From: Sphagnum compactum
Lineage: Eukaryota
Direction: 5' to 3'
NCBI GenBank assembly: GCA_965153455.1
Contig: OZ234494.1
Location: 7,440,001 to 7,504,000 of the forward strand
DNA length: 64,000 nt
In this document: positions 27,485-42,800 of the stretch, in pieces
How the letters are laid out: every line of letters starts with the position of its first letter
Numbering within the stretch: position 1 is the first letter of the stretch
Program-made: the position numbers and the translations under genes
The notes under the pieces: model-generated
What the model saw: the letters and a program-made list of their open reading frames with translations, nothing else
Database searches by the model: none
What the model was told of the DNA's origin: nothing

Positions 27485-30400
27485 CTATACCTTGACACTT
27501 GCAGCCTGACCAATTTTTTTGCGCCTAGCAACAAGAATAGTAGCAGACTTAACAAGCTCTTCCTTGATCATGAAAAGAACTGCTGCAGCCATGACACTCT
27601 GAACTATCTTGGTGCTCATGCCCTTGTAGAATCCAGCAAGGCCCTCATATTGTACCATCTTCACAATTGCATCTAGTGTGCCTGTGACAAATGCCAGGAT
27701 GTGATTAGTTTGCAAAATGATTCCTGGCCATACAGGTTGAAAGAAAAGTGAATCAATCAATATTTTCCCTTTGTAGTTCTCATGCATCACCCTATTGCTA
27801 ACCACAACACTAAATCACCAAATTGCAGTTCTGCATTTCCCTCACATCATGCCCTTCATTAATCCAGAACTCAATCATGATACCTACTTCCATTTCATTG
27901 CAGACAGTGCTCACATGAATGTGCCATGCATGGGTCAGAGATTTGTCACTGGATGGGATTTGAAAGCTGACTGACTTGCTTTTGCTGATAATACCTTGGA
28001 ATGGACACACATGGTGACAAGTTTGGAGCAATCTCTTTATTTGGATTCGGGTGTTTAGAGTTAGGATCATGAAGATTGGTGTAATGAAATGTGAGAAGGA
28101 GTTTGTTGTTGAATGTTAGGCATGGCAAGTCTCATTAAGACTACAAAATCAATCAACCCGTTGTTTTCACTTACCAGTATACTGTGATGACTTGTCTCTT
28201 CCAATCTCTTGCTTAGCTTGAAGTCGTGACTGCCAAGAAAAGAAAACTTATTAGTGGCATGCCCTCACCTCCAGTTGAAGGAGCTTGAATGTAAGACTCT
28301 CATACTACAGATCACTGCTCACATGCACCAGTAAGTAATAAGGATACAAAAGCTCCACACTCCTCACTAATGGACAGTTGTGAGGACCATTCAACAGTTT
28401 GGAAATGGTTTAACTGCTTGCTCATAAACCTTCCACAATTTTCAGGTTCACACTTAATAAATCTACTGTCAGACAGAGAATCTTTAAACAGCTTTTGCTC
28501 CCTTGACAAACTTTGTACAGAATTGATCAAAGATCAATGAAATTGATAGTGAAGTTCCATTCAAACTTCAAGGACACTTACTTTCACGACAAGTAGAGGA
28601 TAGGTTGCCACAGTGGCACCAAGCTTTGCAATAGCTCCAAACAAAAAAACCTGGCAATTGCAGACAACAGAAATATCAGTTTCATCATGCATGCAAATCT
28701 CAGATGCACCTTTGACCCACCACCTTATACCGTTGTACTTAGCCCATCCCATTCTGTTGGGTAATCCTGTTGGACAGTGTTCTGGCAACTTGGGATAGTT
28801 TGGGAGGAGTAATTGATTGGCTGTCTTGACTTTCTTGACCAACCTAGATCAGACTCTGTTGCCTTAAATCCCGAAATTTGGTACAAGCACTCTTTTGAAA
28901 ATTCATATTTCACTGAGAAATCTAAAAATTGGGAATAAGGCCCTTTGGCTCGGACCAACTTTCCGCAGTGTTACAGTCTTCCTTTTCCTCAACCTATTGC
29001 CCTCAATCTACTGTACATCAACCTTCAACCCTCTGGCCAAATTGGACCACTTTACTAGTAGTAAAACAAAGTGGATGAGACACGTAACAAAATTGGCTTT
29101 CCACACACAATAGAATCGGTTTGATTTACTCCAGTGACTCCAATGAGGCAGAAAAATAAAATACCTCTCCAGAAGACACCGTCTTCAATCCCCGTTTGTC
29201 TGCAGCCCGCTTTGCAGTCACATGCTTCAACAGACTTTCATAAATCATGAATTGAATTGAAGGGTTGCACACCTGCTTGTATACAATCAAGGGGATAACC
29301 TAAGAAGTAGATTTTGAAAAAATCCATAGCTTCACCATTTCTCCCTCACTCCCACCTTATAAAACCCAAAAAACCCTTGCAAGAACCATGAAGCCAATCT
29401 ACACCATGTTTCAAGTTCAAGATCTGAAATATGGCAAACCAGACCTGGCTCTCTTCTTCATCCGGGCATACCTAACCATCCTATTGTAAAGCTCCTATCA
29501 TTGCTTTTCCACTCATACCAAACTAAGTCTAGTCTCTTCTCTAGAAATAGCTGCACACTGCTCAATCTCCAAATAGTCATGTCCAGTGACTGCAGGCTGA
29601 CTTGCAGTTAAAAAGAATATATCTATAAGATTGCATGGAAAAACCCCACAACACTTTTGAAGGTAACATGCAATAAGTGCAGTCATAACCTCATGAGTGT
29701 TGCTCACAAAGTGTCAGACCATCACCTTCATCATGAATAGAAGTGATGAGCTGCCATGACTCCCCACTGAGGTCATTAGCTCCTGATGGTAAGTGAAGAT
29801 AATATAACAATTTGCCCAAAATTTCAGGAAAATCATTGTGCAAGCATTCAGGTGGCCCTGATCTTCTATCGCATTTCCAGAAGCACCAGGAAGACTCAGT
29901 CGTAATGTTGGCAAGCACAAAAGAGACTCAGTTGTATCCTCATTCAAGCTGCAACAAGCTTGTGAGGGTAAGCGATTCAATTCACTCTAGCCTGTCACTG
30001 TACAGTTGGCATTCAAAAAGGATAGTATACCGTACCATGATAAGGGTTGGAAAAACACCCTTCCACAAACCAAGGATGCCAGCTTCATCATAGAGCTCAC
30101 GTACCTGTCTTTCATACTCACTCCGAGTGTCAGATGTTTGAGCCCACCAGTACAATAAGTAAATTCTTACAATAAAACCCTCACAGCTAATCTGAACGAG
30201 TCAAAATTACAGGTCTAGAAGTGGGATGTATCACCAAGTTCCTCTTCATATCTTGTTGAAAGCCATCTGGAACAATATTAACACTTTACTACTAATACCC
30301 AGTAGTGATGCAACAAAAGAACTTGTGAAAAATGCCACCTTACCGTTTCAAAAGCTCCCTGTGGACGTACAACAGGCAACAAGTTGGGATTGGTGCTGGC

Positions 30401-32489
30401 TACAGCAGGAGATGGGTAAATCCAATCAGCAGAAGGTCTAGGGTTTTGAAGACCTGCAAGAGCAGCAGCACGCTGCTGTGCCTGTACTTGAGTCTGCATT
30501 AACACCACCAGTTCAAATATGAGAAGTTGATAGGTCCTGGTTAAAACTTCAAACCCAGACAAACAAACAAAACAAAACATGTCCTGGCATAGTGGGTCTG
30601 TGCAAGACCTATTAAGGTGCATGGGGAAAAATAGGTTTGAACAGAAAAAATCTAGTCAAATATGAGCCTGCAGACTGAATAGAGAGGGTAGTAGCGTACC
30701 TGCATACGGGTGACAACTACCCATATAGGATTAGTCAGCAGCACATTAGCACACCTGCAGGCCAGGAGAACAGACAAACAGAGGATGGGCACAAGTGAAC
30801 AGCTGTATCTTCTTCACAGGATCATGAAACTGGTTCTGAAGAACCCAACCCCATTTACAGACCTGTGAGACTTATACCAATAAAACAAAATGAAAACCTT
30901 AACTCAAATGAGAATTTGATGAGTAAATTGTGGAATTGTAGACATCCTTCAACATACCCAGCAAGGGCTGCAACAACAAGAGACCCAAACATTCCCACCG
31001 TGCCATCTCCTTTCCCACGCTTCTTCTTTCTCAGAGCCAGCTTCTCTGCTTGATTCCTAAAAACTTGATAGAAGTAGTAGTAAACACCCTGAACACACAT
31101 ACCTTTAGAGTCAGACTTCATATATGACTAATTGCATTCAAGACACGGTCCACCTCATTTCAAAAGTTTTCAAAACAAAAAATCACAGCTGTATGCTGGT
31201 CAACCTCAGCATACCCAAACAGCATTTTCCCTGATATGAAGAAATCTAAACTCAATAACAACTGCCCCCCTGATTCTGTATAGATGCTTGACGTTTGCAT
31301 CACTCAAATACTTAAGTATATTCAGCAACAAGCTCAATTGCATTCAACCCCATTTCTCTGCCTTCCATGCTCTTCAATACATCCAGACAAATCAAGGAAG
31401 ATAAACAGAGCACATACCTGAGAGGCGGCTGTGCCTACTAGAGAAGGTGAAAGGCCTCGATACAAACCTCCCCAGCCCTCCTGTCTGATCACCTGCAACA
31501 TGTTACCAGGTTAAACATAACTCCATCACATGCTAACTATTGCAAACAGTGACAACACATATCCTTGTGGCTACAGCCATTGATGTGCAAGAAGATGCAT
31601 CTCTATGATTTTTTGTTCAGAAGTTCTGACCTTTGACATTGGACCAGTTAGAAGAATGTGAGCTGTAAATATGCTAGCATTTTGCTGAGGATATGAACCC
31701 CACCCTTGCTACTGTACAATGAGTCTGACCTCTCTCAGCAATTCTATCTCATGTAAATAGCAGGTTCCTGATCTCTATAGAGGTTGGCTACACTTGTCTC
31801 TTTCCCAGTTAGTTTCCAACAAGGACAATGTCTCAAAGTAGTTGCAAGCCAAAGCTGTAAGCACCTTGTAAGACATAGTAGAAATGAAGTCTACAAAACA
31901 ACCACAAAGGGAACAAAGCACCAAGAAACACAGAAGAAAACCATATCATGTGATGCATTGTCTGAGGGAGCTCACCCTCAAAATCTCCTGGGCAGTGCCA
32001 TTCTTTCTTGGTGGGCCTGCGGAGGAAGCTGGTCCAGCTTCTGAGATTTTGAGATGAGCTTGCTTTGCCTGCCGTTCTGTCTGCTGCCTAGTGTTCACCT
32101 ACAACCCAACAACGCCATCCGAATTGCTATAATTTTACTGCCTTACCACTAATGGGAATCTGCCTACCTCTTTTCAGAGGTTAGTAAGAACATTTGCTAT
32201 GGACTCCAAGAGAAAGCACCCCAATATTTGCAATGGACCCCAGAAGACCCCTCAGCTCTCAGATAAGGACAATCTCTTGTTGCCTTCGTCTTGTAATCAG
32301 TAGCATGTGAATTTTCCAAACTAAAGCAGAGTTCAATACTTGCTATTCATGTTCTTGCTCAGTTCATTTACAAGACAGGGACAAGCAGTTGGGATGAGAA
32401 GAACTTACTGCTTGAAGAGGGTAGGTCAAGAGTTGCGAGACAATGCCACCCCCTGCCCCTGCTAACCCATTCACCACTGCATCTGACAT
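27485..32489 (-). CDS. PXN: Peroxisomal NAD+ carrier (mitochondrial carrier family, PXN/PMP34-like), 370 aa, 11 coding exons
   Basis: Exons 32489-32409, 32098-31976, 31492-31418, 31088-30958, 30754-30700, 30493-30344, 30104-30036, 29272-29165, 28650-28582, 28229-28175, 27681-27485; all GT-AG and phase-consistent (1113 nt). Translation includes MSDAVVNGLAGAGGGIVSQLLTYPLQAVNTRQQ, EGWGGLYRGL, LTNPIWVVVTRMQ, TYPLLVVKSRLQ and EGLAGFYKGMSTKIVQSV (three carrier repeats). Confidence 0.93.
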
Positions 32490-33295
32490 TATTGCCTGTT
32501 TTCTTCACACTGCAGTACTTCTTGAATTCGAGGGAGGTATCAGCATATTATGTACTCATCTCCAGGGGTGACACATCTTGCACATTTCTGTCTGATAATT
32601 GAAAGGGGGAAAATTTGTCAGTCCTTACTAGGACACAAATGACACCCTAATAACCCTGCATGCAAACAGTAGGATATACACATGTTGCCAATCAAGACAT
32701 GAAATGAATCAGCCTGTTATTCACCATATCATGAATCACACCAATCAGCTGCCAATGGAATTTCCACAACACAATCAATCCTCTTTCCTTCAAATTCCTG
32801 TTAATTTGTATGTTTTGAGGCTTGTCAAACACCAACTACTTAGGTGGCATACCAGTCGTTGGACAACAAGGGCATGAACTGAAACTCCAGAAAAGTACAT
32901 GTGTCATTCATTCAGTACGAATGTTGCTACTCGACTTTTTAACAGGAGGTGGGCAGATATTGGTCCTCTACAAACAAATTCATCAGTATCATGCCATTTG
33001 CAAGAGAGTTTAACCCTAACCCTTGGAAATGGCATGGAACTGTTTTCCAAATCTGGTGAAAAAGACATATGCCAGTCATGTTGTGCAGGAGACCAGATGT
33101 TGTAGGAAGTGGGAACAATTCTTCCGACAGCCTAATCATCATCATCAGAAACCCTCAGAATTACAACTCTACTCAATTCAGTCCCATCAATATGGTCACT
33201 GCACGCGCAGTAGTGCATCACAAAATTCAGCAAGAGAAACATATCACCATCTTGTTCAAGAAATCAAATCCTGACCATTTCCATAATTTTTTTGG

Positions 33296-33298
<3 letters not shown>

Positions 33299-33339
<41 letters not shown>
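33299..33339. repeat. (CT)n microsatellite in the probable 5'-UTR intron of PXN
   Basis: Direct read. Confidence 0.9.
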
Positions 33340-33342
<3 letters not shown>

Positions 33343-33468
33343 ACCTGTAAAGTTCTGACACCAACACTGGTTGGATAGCACACGCGCAGGCCAAGACCGA
33401 AATTACGGGACCGTGACAGAAGCGAAAAGAAACACACAAACACCATCCAACTCACAGCAAAGACTCAC

Positions 33469-33720
33469 GGCGTGCGTCGAGGAGGAGGGTTTCCGGACAA
33501 TTGAAACGGGAGAGAGAGCGCCGTCTGTCTGCGACGTCCAAGAGAAACAACCCCAACTTCGATTTTTAATTTGTTTTTGCTGAAAAGATTGAGATATGAT
33601 TGTGCGCTGCTGCCAATTTACAATCGCGGACGAAGATGAATTGGGCCCGTTCCTCCACAGCAACGAACACAACAAAGACTGCGCACCGCACTCTCGTCAC
33701 CGTCTCTCTCGCTCTCTCGA
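33469..33720 (-). other. Probable non-coding first (5'-UTR) exon of the PXN gene
   Basis: GC-rich segment ending at a GTGAGT donor (33468 downward). Candidate acceptor near 32656, upstream of the ATG. Confidence 0.5.
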
Positions 33721-35219
33721 TTCCGGCCAGCGTCCTTTCCCCGGAGAAAGCGAATACCAAATGTATCTTTTCTCACTGCAGGCAGGATCTTGTGACTTGT
33801 GACGCCCAAAGTGAACAAAGTTGAATGCCAGCGGTCGGCGGTTATTAGAAACAGGGAAAGACCCTCGACGGTTTTCATTCCGGCTCTTTGGATTAATGAC
33901 CATGGCTCTCCTGATACAGAACCACGGTTCTCAAAAAAATTCGGGAAAACAGTGAAGACGTACGTGCCTTGTCTCATTGGCACGGTGGGTTTTTTTCTCA
34001 TTTTTGTGATGTGGTGACATGGGTGGCTACGAAAGCACAAGAGATTTAGCATGAGTGGCGAGAATCCCACAGAAGATTTAGGTTTAATGGTGAAAATATT
34101 TGAGGAAACTGTCAAAACAGTAGAAAACTAGAAAAAAACAGGCCTGCACAATAAAAATCTGGTGAAAATTCCTTTGTGATTAGATGCAATCTGGCACCCT
34201 AAACCTTGTCCAAGAACAGAGCTCCAATTCCTGTCGTGGTGGGGTTGCACCTCCCTAGCTAGTGGTGAAATGGAATACCCATGTTGGCCAGTTATTACAA
34301 ATCAGAGCAGACCCCAGCGGTTATGTTGCCAATTCTGCGGATTTGTAGCCGATTATTGGAGGTTAGATCATTGACATGTCAAGTTCTGATTTTTCTGCAG
34401 CAGGGCAGTAGAGGTGCAGAAGTCTGCAACCTCGTACACATAATTTCTGCTTAAACATTTTCAAGCTTCTGATTGGCCCTCCTCCCCTTGTCTCTCAAGA
34501 TGTTGAACTTCTCCCTCTCTTTTTTGGTCCATTTACAAGAAGGCTATCAAATTTTTCATGCATTTATGAGAAGATTATACTGATTTAACTCATAGAAGAC
34601 CACACTTGAGTGACTGAAATCTCTACACAAATCTCTACACTCTTGATGATCATAACGACATCAACAATACAAATTTTCATACAATATTCCAATGTTTCCC
34701 AATAACAGTAACTAACTATCATCAACATAACTTTCTAAATGTGATCAATAGGTCTATATTATCACCAAGAAGACATGGTAAGATTGTAGATTTGGTGGAT
34801 AATATCTCTCACGACCATCTCTTTTTGGGCTATCACCCTTCACTTGGCATCAATTTATTAGTATTTTTTTCTCATAACCTAACTTTATCCCCATTTATGC
34901 ACTCAAGAAATTTTGACAAGAATAGTTCTTCAAGCATTCACATCACTAACCAATTTCTATTTTTCACTAGTCCTCAAAATGGTGCAACACAACCCTCCCG
35001 AAGTTCTCAATAATTGATTATCTTATTAATGCATGTTTCCTAGATTTCCACTTTACACTCTCAACATCTCACAAATTACAACAATGATGCTTTCTTTATT
35101 CAGACAAGTCCATTCATTAATCCCCTAAATCATTTTCATCATTTTCACCATATCTACATGTTTCACTCATGTTCTTGTTCTACACCTATTTGACCTTCAG
35201 ACTCCACTGGACTTTGTGT

Positions 35220-35770
35220 TAGGCGGTTATTAGAAATCAGAACAAGCAATCAACGGTTATCAGGCCTGTGCTTAGGATTCATAGAGCCACGGTTCTCAAA
35301 AGGCTGGTCCAAAAACTTGGTCCTGATGTGAAACTGTGGTGGGCCCCTGAAAAAAATTTCAAAAGTGAACCTCAAATGTACCTTTTTCTCACTCTAGTTA
35401 GGATCTTGTGACCCCCACGACAATGAGGACAAAAATGTACCAACCCTAATGGGTCATCAGGCCCGTTTCTAGGATTCATAACCATGAATTTCAATAGAGT
35501 GATCGAAAACCTAGTCCAGATATAGAATCATGGTTCTCAAAAAATTTGAAACAAGTGAATACCAAAAGTGCGTTTTCCTAACCGGAGGATCTTGTGACCC
35601 CACAGTGAGGACCAAATGTAAAACCAATGTACCCAAGTGTTGGGCGGTTATTAGAATGAGGAACAAACCCCCCCCCAAAGGTTATCATGCCAGGTCTTAG
35701 GATTCATCTCCATGGTTCTCAAAAGAATCCAAAAACTGGTCCTGATAGATAACCACAGTTCTCAAAAGAA
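35220..35770. repeat. Degenerate ~190-200-bp repeat, ~3 tandem copies plus a dispersed copy at ~33755-33940
   Basis: Recurring GGCGGTTATTAGAA, TAGGATTCAT, GGTTCTCAAAA and GGATCTTGTGACCCC motifs. Confidence 0.7.
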
Positions 35771-38700
35771 ATTGAAAAAATCAAATATGCACCCATCAAA
35801 CCACCTATTCTTTTATTGGTTCTTTCATGAGAACCGTCAGTTCTTTCATGAAAACCGTAGGTTCTTTATGGTTTTTGAATCCTAAGAACCAGCCAGAAGT
35901 TCTTTCTCACTGGACAGTTTTGTGACCCCACACACCCCAAATTCATGTTGCCTAACTCCAGAGTTCTAATGGTACCTGGTCTAGTTTACATGAAGTAGCC
36001 TTGGCTTTTTAGGGTTTTGGGTAATGGTTTAGGGTTAGGGTTCCGGGACTTTTTGGTGTAGGGTCAGGCCTTGGGGTGGGGACATTCATGACATTAAGGG
36101 GTGGCCTAGGACAAGGTGGTACCTTTTGTCACCGGAGGATTTTGGGAACCCAAACACCTCAAACCCAAATTTGTGCTAACTTGAAAGTTCTGATGGGATC
36201 TGATCTAAAATAGCATTGGTTTTGAAATTAGGGCTTAGGGGATTCTATTATAAGCTCAGGCCCCAAGGTTTAGGCATTTGTGAGATTAAGGGCCTAGAGA
36301 CAAGGCGGTGGGAATTTCAAACACCCACAAGCCCTAAGCACAAGGTAAATGTTATCGTAAGCCTTTAACATAGGTAGGAGTGAGAAGCACCTTACACCTA
36401 CAAAAAGCACCTTACATCTCCTACACATTACGAGGTTTGTAAGATTCCTTCTGTAAACATAAAGTGCCTTATGTTTTCGAGATGGATTATTAACATGTAT
36501 AATGTTTCCTGCCAAGTATATTAGGAAATTTCTCCAAATGCTTTAAGTAAGGCCCGTGGATAAAAGTGATACCGAAATAAGGTTCTCAGCCAAGCCAATG
36601 ACCAAATGCAAGACTAAAATTGTAGTAATCCCTCCATCTAATGGCCTTATTACATGTAAAAATTTGTCATGATTTTCTTTCAATATTTAACAACAAAGAT
36701 TTGAAACATCACATAAAGAAGAAAAGGTAGGCCTTTACAAAACATGTAAACTCATCCTCAAATGCAAGATGCCGGCCCTCTCTCTTTAGGTAGTAACATA
36801 GCGGTTGCCCAAAGTTCAAATGTCACAACTTATGAAGGTGGGTGAAAAGGAAGTTCCACCATGTTTTCATTTTGAGTCTGTCCAATGATTTAATAATTCT
36901 TTTGTGATGGGCCAATCAAAATGATTCGTTGCAAAATGATAAAACTTGGGTGCATGATCCCTAACTAATTAATAAAACTAAGAATTATAAATACTCACAT
37001 TCAATAAGTAAATTTTCTAAGGAACCTACGGGCTTCCATTGTCCATTAGGAACAATTGGGTAAACATGTTATTCTCATTAAATGTAGGCTATGGCCCTAG
37101 GATAAGGGCCGTCCCAAAATCAGGGTTAAAGTGCACTAGCACTCACTAACACACCTGAAAATGGATGGTGGTTGGACAAAAAATATTTTTTCATTTGTAT
37201 ACCATGTGTTTTGATTTTTTTAAACTTTGTTACTTCCTTAAATGATATTCAAACTCAAGTATAGACTAAGAGTCTATTTTATAATCCTTAACTAGATATT
37301 TTAAAAGACACATCAAATTCTTCAATCAAAGTTCATTTGATCCATCAATCAAATCAATAATTAAATGATTGAGAATCATTTTGACAATTTGACTCTTGAA
37401 CTTTCAAATGAGAAAGTTCAATACATTATGCTAAATATGCTTGTTTTAAAAAATAAAACTGCATGTTAATATTTTTATTTTTTTTAAATTTCAACTATTG
37501 AGAAAAGCCCAATTTGAACAAGATTTGACTCTCAAAATCTTGATCCAAACATTCAATACACCCAAAAACTTCCAAATCACAAATGGGAGTTCAACTTAAA
37601 AACAAAGCCTCCCTTTGACACCCACACATTTCCACTTCATGTGGAATTGCATTTACAATCTTTTGCTTTTGCTCTACACTTCAGCCCTTATATGCTCGAT
37701 CCTAAAAGAAACCTCATATTTTCTCTCATCCAAGAAGGATGATTTGTTGTCCATCTCAAAAATTTGTCATAGACCCAAGTTTGATTTTTAACATACATAG
37801 CCCACTTATTGATGAATGTTGATCCAATGAGGTATTGTTAAAACAAAAAGGATCAAATTTCATGCACTTTCTTATTTCAAATCTATGTTGTTCCCCTTAC
37901 CTACTTACATCCATCTACATATTTCAACCTCCTTACCAATCACATTCACACGCACATAAGTTGTTCATGCCTCAAAAAATTTAATATGAAATTGAATATG
38001 TTCTTCAAGCAATATCCAACTCATGCAATAGTTTTCAACACCTACCAAAAGCAACACAAATTGAAACAAAGCTGTAAATATTGCAATATTCTTTTTTTTT
38101 TAAAATCACAATTTACAATACCTACATCATTTCCATTAACTTTAACATATAGAAGGATAATTTGTGTAATATTTTTATCATCTTTGTTATTTTTAATTTA
38201 TTTTAAAAGAACATATGCAATACACAACTCATGTTTATCAACCCTAATATATGTAGATGACAATGTGTTTAATATTTTCATCATGTTTATTGTCCCTAAT
38301 ATATATAAAGGACAAACATATTTAAAATTTTAAACCTTTTCAAATCCTTGACAAAGAATAGCAACTACTTTACATGTGAATCATTTCAAAACTTTATTCA
38401 TGGAAGGCTTGTGATTTTATACCAATTTTTTAATTTTTTTTAATGGGACTCCAAATTACTAAGTGCAATAAAACATTTCCAAAGTGTAGTATATAAGTTT
38501 ACAAAAATGCAAACCATACACGTGCAAAATTAATATTGGTAGGAAGGGGAGTTTGTTCACTTAAAAAAATATGCCAACTAGCTTCACCTTGGTTCCATCT
38601 TTCGAGAAGAGATTAGGGCAATGTTAATGGTTTCTTAATTTACTTGAATCTAGTTTCAATTTTAACACAATGGTATTGTTTATATAGATGAAGATAACAC

Positions 38701-39869
38701 ACTTCCATGCAGAAAAACCTTTTCAACAATTGTGTTATAAATGACAAAAACACTTGAATTCCATACAATAAAAACTTCTACTCTTTGAAACAATTTTCTA
38801 TATTGATGACTAGAATGCAATAACATAAACAAATAATAATATTTTTTTGGATATTTGTTTTATATTGACGACAAGAATGAAATTTCATGTAAAAGATACC
38901 TTGAATCTTAAATCTTACAAGACATTTCATGCAAAAAAATTGTCTTTTGAAATTGTTAAATGAAATAGTTACACTTATGGGACCTCGTCCTAGAAGGTCA
39001 TGAATATGGTCACAATTGGAATTAACACTTTAAAAAAAAATTCATGTGAAAATCCAATTTTGCTAGTTAATAATGGGCCCTTATATTTAAACTTGAAACC
39101 AATTCTTTGAGTTGTTTAAAGCTTTAATTCTTGTTTATTCTTTAAAAATTCAAATCAAGTTGACTAATTAACAATAAAGTCCAATTCCACTTCCATTCCA
39201 CAAAAGTAGTCTTTTTGGTTTAGTCTTAGTTTGTTCAATTAATTTGCACAATCCAAGATAGATATTATGTAACATTAATTATGTGCAACCAATTGAAATT
39301 AATTACTTGCATAAAAATAGGGTCATTTTTAATTTAAAATTATATCTATGTACTTAAATAACCTAAATTTGTTGAACAAAGGATAACACCTTAATTTAGG
39401 TTTTAATTCAAAAAAATTAATGGTCAATCATTCAATCTAATTTTAATGGTGATTACAATAAAATATGGAACTTTTGGTTTGAACCCCTTAGAACTTGACC
39501 TCTAACCTAGACTTGAACCAACATAAAATCAAAAACCTGCCAACACTAGGAAAAAACCTCTCACCTTTTAAAATTGTTAAATGGACAATCACACATAATT
39601 GACCTTATATTAATTTCACCTACCAATTACATGCTACCTATTAGCTCCAATGGTACCTATTAGATCTTTATTAACATGGTTGCGATTGAAATTAACATTT
39701 TAAAAATCATTCAATGCAAAAAAACACTCTAATCTTTTGAAATTGTCAAGTGGACAAACACACATATTGAATCTTATATATGCTTCATGTACCATGTCTC
39801 CATTAAACATGGTCATGAAAAAAATTAACATTTTAAATTCATTCCATGCAAAAAGAACCTCTAATTTTA

Positions 39870-42800
39870 TTTTATTTTTCTTGAAAGAAATGGATAGAAT
39901 ATATTTCAAAGACAAAAGGAATACAAAGCAAACCAAGGGGACAACCCCAAACAATAAACATTAATCATGATCAATAGAAGTTACATTTGTTAGGCATGTG
40001 ATAAGACCATCAAACTTTATGGCCATCTTTAGCACAAATAGCATGATGCAGGCACCAATTTTCATCAAATTCCTTAAGGAAGGTTTGTTTAATAGTGGGT
40101 GACCTAACAATCTCATTCAAGGTCCTTGCCCACTCAATCCTACCATGATCTAATAAACCTTCCCAAATACACCTATTGAGTTTTTTCAAACCATCTACAA
40201 ACCCCACGGAGCAACACCCATGTTAACCAAAAATGTTTAAATTTTTTCAACAACCTCTTATTGAATAGGCAATGCTCCATGTGTAGGCCTTTCCATTGCC
40301 TTTTTATATTGGGGGGGAAATTTCAGTTGATGCAAGAATGTGAACACCCATGCCCAAGCTTCTTGCGATATTTCACATTCCCAAAATTTATGTAAAATGA
40401 TTTATGTTGTGTTTTGATTGCATGAAAGGCACCTTACTTCAATCCTTGGATTTGCCTTTGCTTTCCATTCATTAACTACAAAATTTTTGTGCCACAAGGA
40501 CCAAATGAATCCTACATCCTTTTTCATTCTGATTTAAGCCATCATTGTGCCAATTTGGTTTGAAATCTTGGGGGAGGATTGGGTCCCATTTCTTTGGTAT
40601 GGTCTTGGTCAAGGTTTGTTAATCATTGATTAGTTTCCTCCATGTTTTGAGCATGTATTCCACAAGGGCACCATGTAACAACCATTCATAGCATTTTGGG
40701 TTGAAAGGTGGTCATTTGTTGCAACCTTTTCTAACTCTCACCACCCACACCTTTTGGACCTTGCCTTGCATTGTATTGCAAGTTGGGTCTTACTATAGTA
40801 TCTTCGAAATCTTTCCCACTATAAACACAAGGACCTCTTTGGGGATGTCAAATGTTTGAATACGTTTTTCACAAGTAGGTGTGAATCATTGAATGGTGCA
40901 AAATACTACACTTGGTTAGTTATCACAAATGTTTTCATATGTACCTAATCGTTCATCCAGGTTTATGCAGCTTTTTAGTTGTTGAAATTTGAATGACCAA
41001 AAATTAAGTATGTTTGCAACTAATCACTACCATAAACATTTTTCATCACCATTAAAACCAAATTTGATCTTTGTTATCTCCCATTGTAGGAACTTTTTGT
41101 TGTGTTGGTCCCACATGTTTGGAATACACCTCAGTCCATTCTTATGTAATTTTTATGCCCATAAAATTGAGATTCCAAAGGTGCCTCCTCTATAACTTTA
41201 AGCCCACCAAATGTTGACATTTTTAATAAAATAGATATGCCAACAATAAAAGAGAAATTTTAATCTTCCTAACCATCACCTTCCAAGCCTTCATTACTTC
41301 ATCCCAAATTTTGGAACCATAAACTTGGGTAAGGCTATGGACAAAAGTCCATTGAATGTATGGTGCCCACCTTTTGTGTTTTGAAGGAAAACAATGTTTT
41401 AGCTTATATTTGAACAAAATCCTCAAGCTAAAGTCTTTAGGTTCAAGGGTATACATGACCCACTTAAATAATGAAGCTACCAAAACCTTTTTTAGATCTA
41501 TGATACCTAGGCCACCCACCATCCTTGGTGCACACATCATCTTAACAAACTTTGGTTCTTGTGGTGAGCTCACCACCACCCCATAAGAAGTTACAAAAAA
41601 TGGTTCTAGATTTCTGGACAAATTTTTTTACCCCCTCTCCCCCCTCCCCCCAACAATGATGGAGAACCATAATGAAGTCACTAACATTGAATTAACAATG
41701 AGGGTTTTGTCGACAAGGTGTAGGGGGACTAAAAACCAATATTTGAGTTTCTTTTTCAATTGCTTTATGAAAATTCATCCATGTCTTTAATCTCTAAGTC
41801 CACTCCAAAGGGAATACCTAGAAGCTTAGAGAGTTTCCTTTCTAGATTCCATTTCAATGTGATTTTGTTGACTCAACTAAACTTGGGTTGCCTTTTTATG
41901 CACCAAAAGACAACCTTATTTTTCCAATTGAATTCTAACCTTGAAATCTTGAGGAATTGGTTCAAGATGCCCACCACATTGTGAAGGTTGTCCTATGTCT
42001 CTAACATAGTGGTTGTTGTGTCATCTACATACTAAGAGAAAGTTTGTTGTGATTCAATTTGTGATTCAATTCACATGGAATTTGAATTTCAATCTGTTTC
42101 AAAATTCAATTTTGTGTAATTGGATTGTCAAATTATTATTCTCTTGGATCTAGAATTAAAACCAGTGTTTTCATAGATTCAAAACTGGAATTCAACCACT
42201 AGACTGCCAAATTAATGTTTTTTTAGATCTAGAACTGGAACTAATATTCCCTTGTAACCAAATGCACTCCCCTCCTAACATAAATGTCGATAAATTGTTC
42301 AATTGGGCTTCCTATGATTATTGCCATTCTGTAAACGTTTCCAAGTGATGATTCGCCACCATAGGCATTCTAAACCCAATAAATTCGCCAAAGTGGCTCC
42401 ACCTCAAAAAAAATTAAATAGCCACCTTTTCTATTTTATGTCTAAGCTGTGTAACCACCTTGGCAACTACTTGGACTTTTTAAAAAAAAACACTGCACCA
42501 AAGGTTGGTTCAATCTTCTTGCCTAATCAATTGTTCCATTTGCAAGGAACATATTGTCCAAAATGAATATTAATGGTAGAATGGTTGTTTGGCCATTGTC
42601 TATAATCTCCTATCAGGTGGAGTCATAATCAAAGTTGTAAGACTTTAACAATGCTTTTGTAAGTTACATTTAGTAATGTGATAAGCCGCCAGTCACTTAA
42701 CTTATTTATATCTGCAAATTTGAAGATTAAGGTGATGAGGCCAACATTGACCTTATTTGGTAACTTCCTTTCTCCATGGTTCATTGCAACATCTTGTAAA

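Noticed and set aside
33371-34115. Overlapping ORFs of up to 165 aa upstream of PXN
   Set aside because: GC-rich promoter/5'-UTR and repeat sequence with no domain features.
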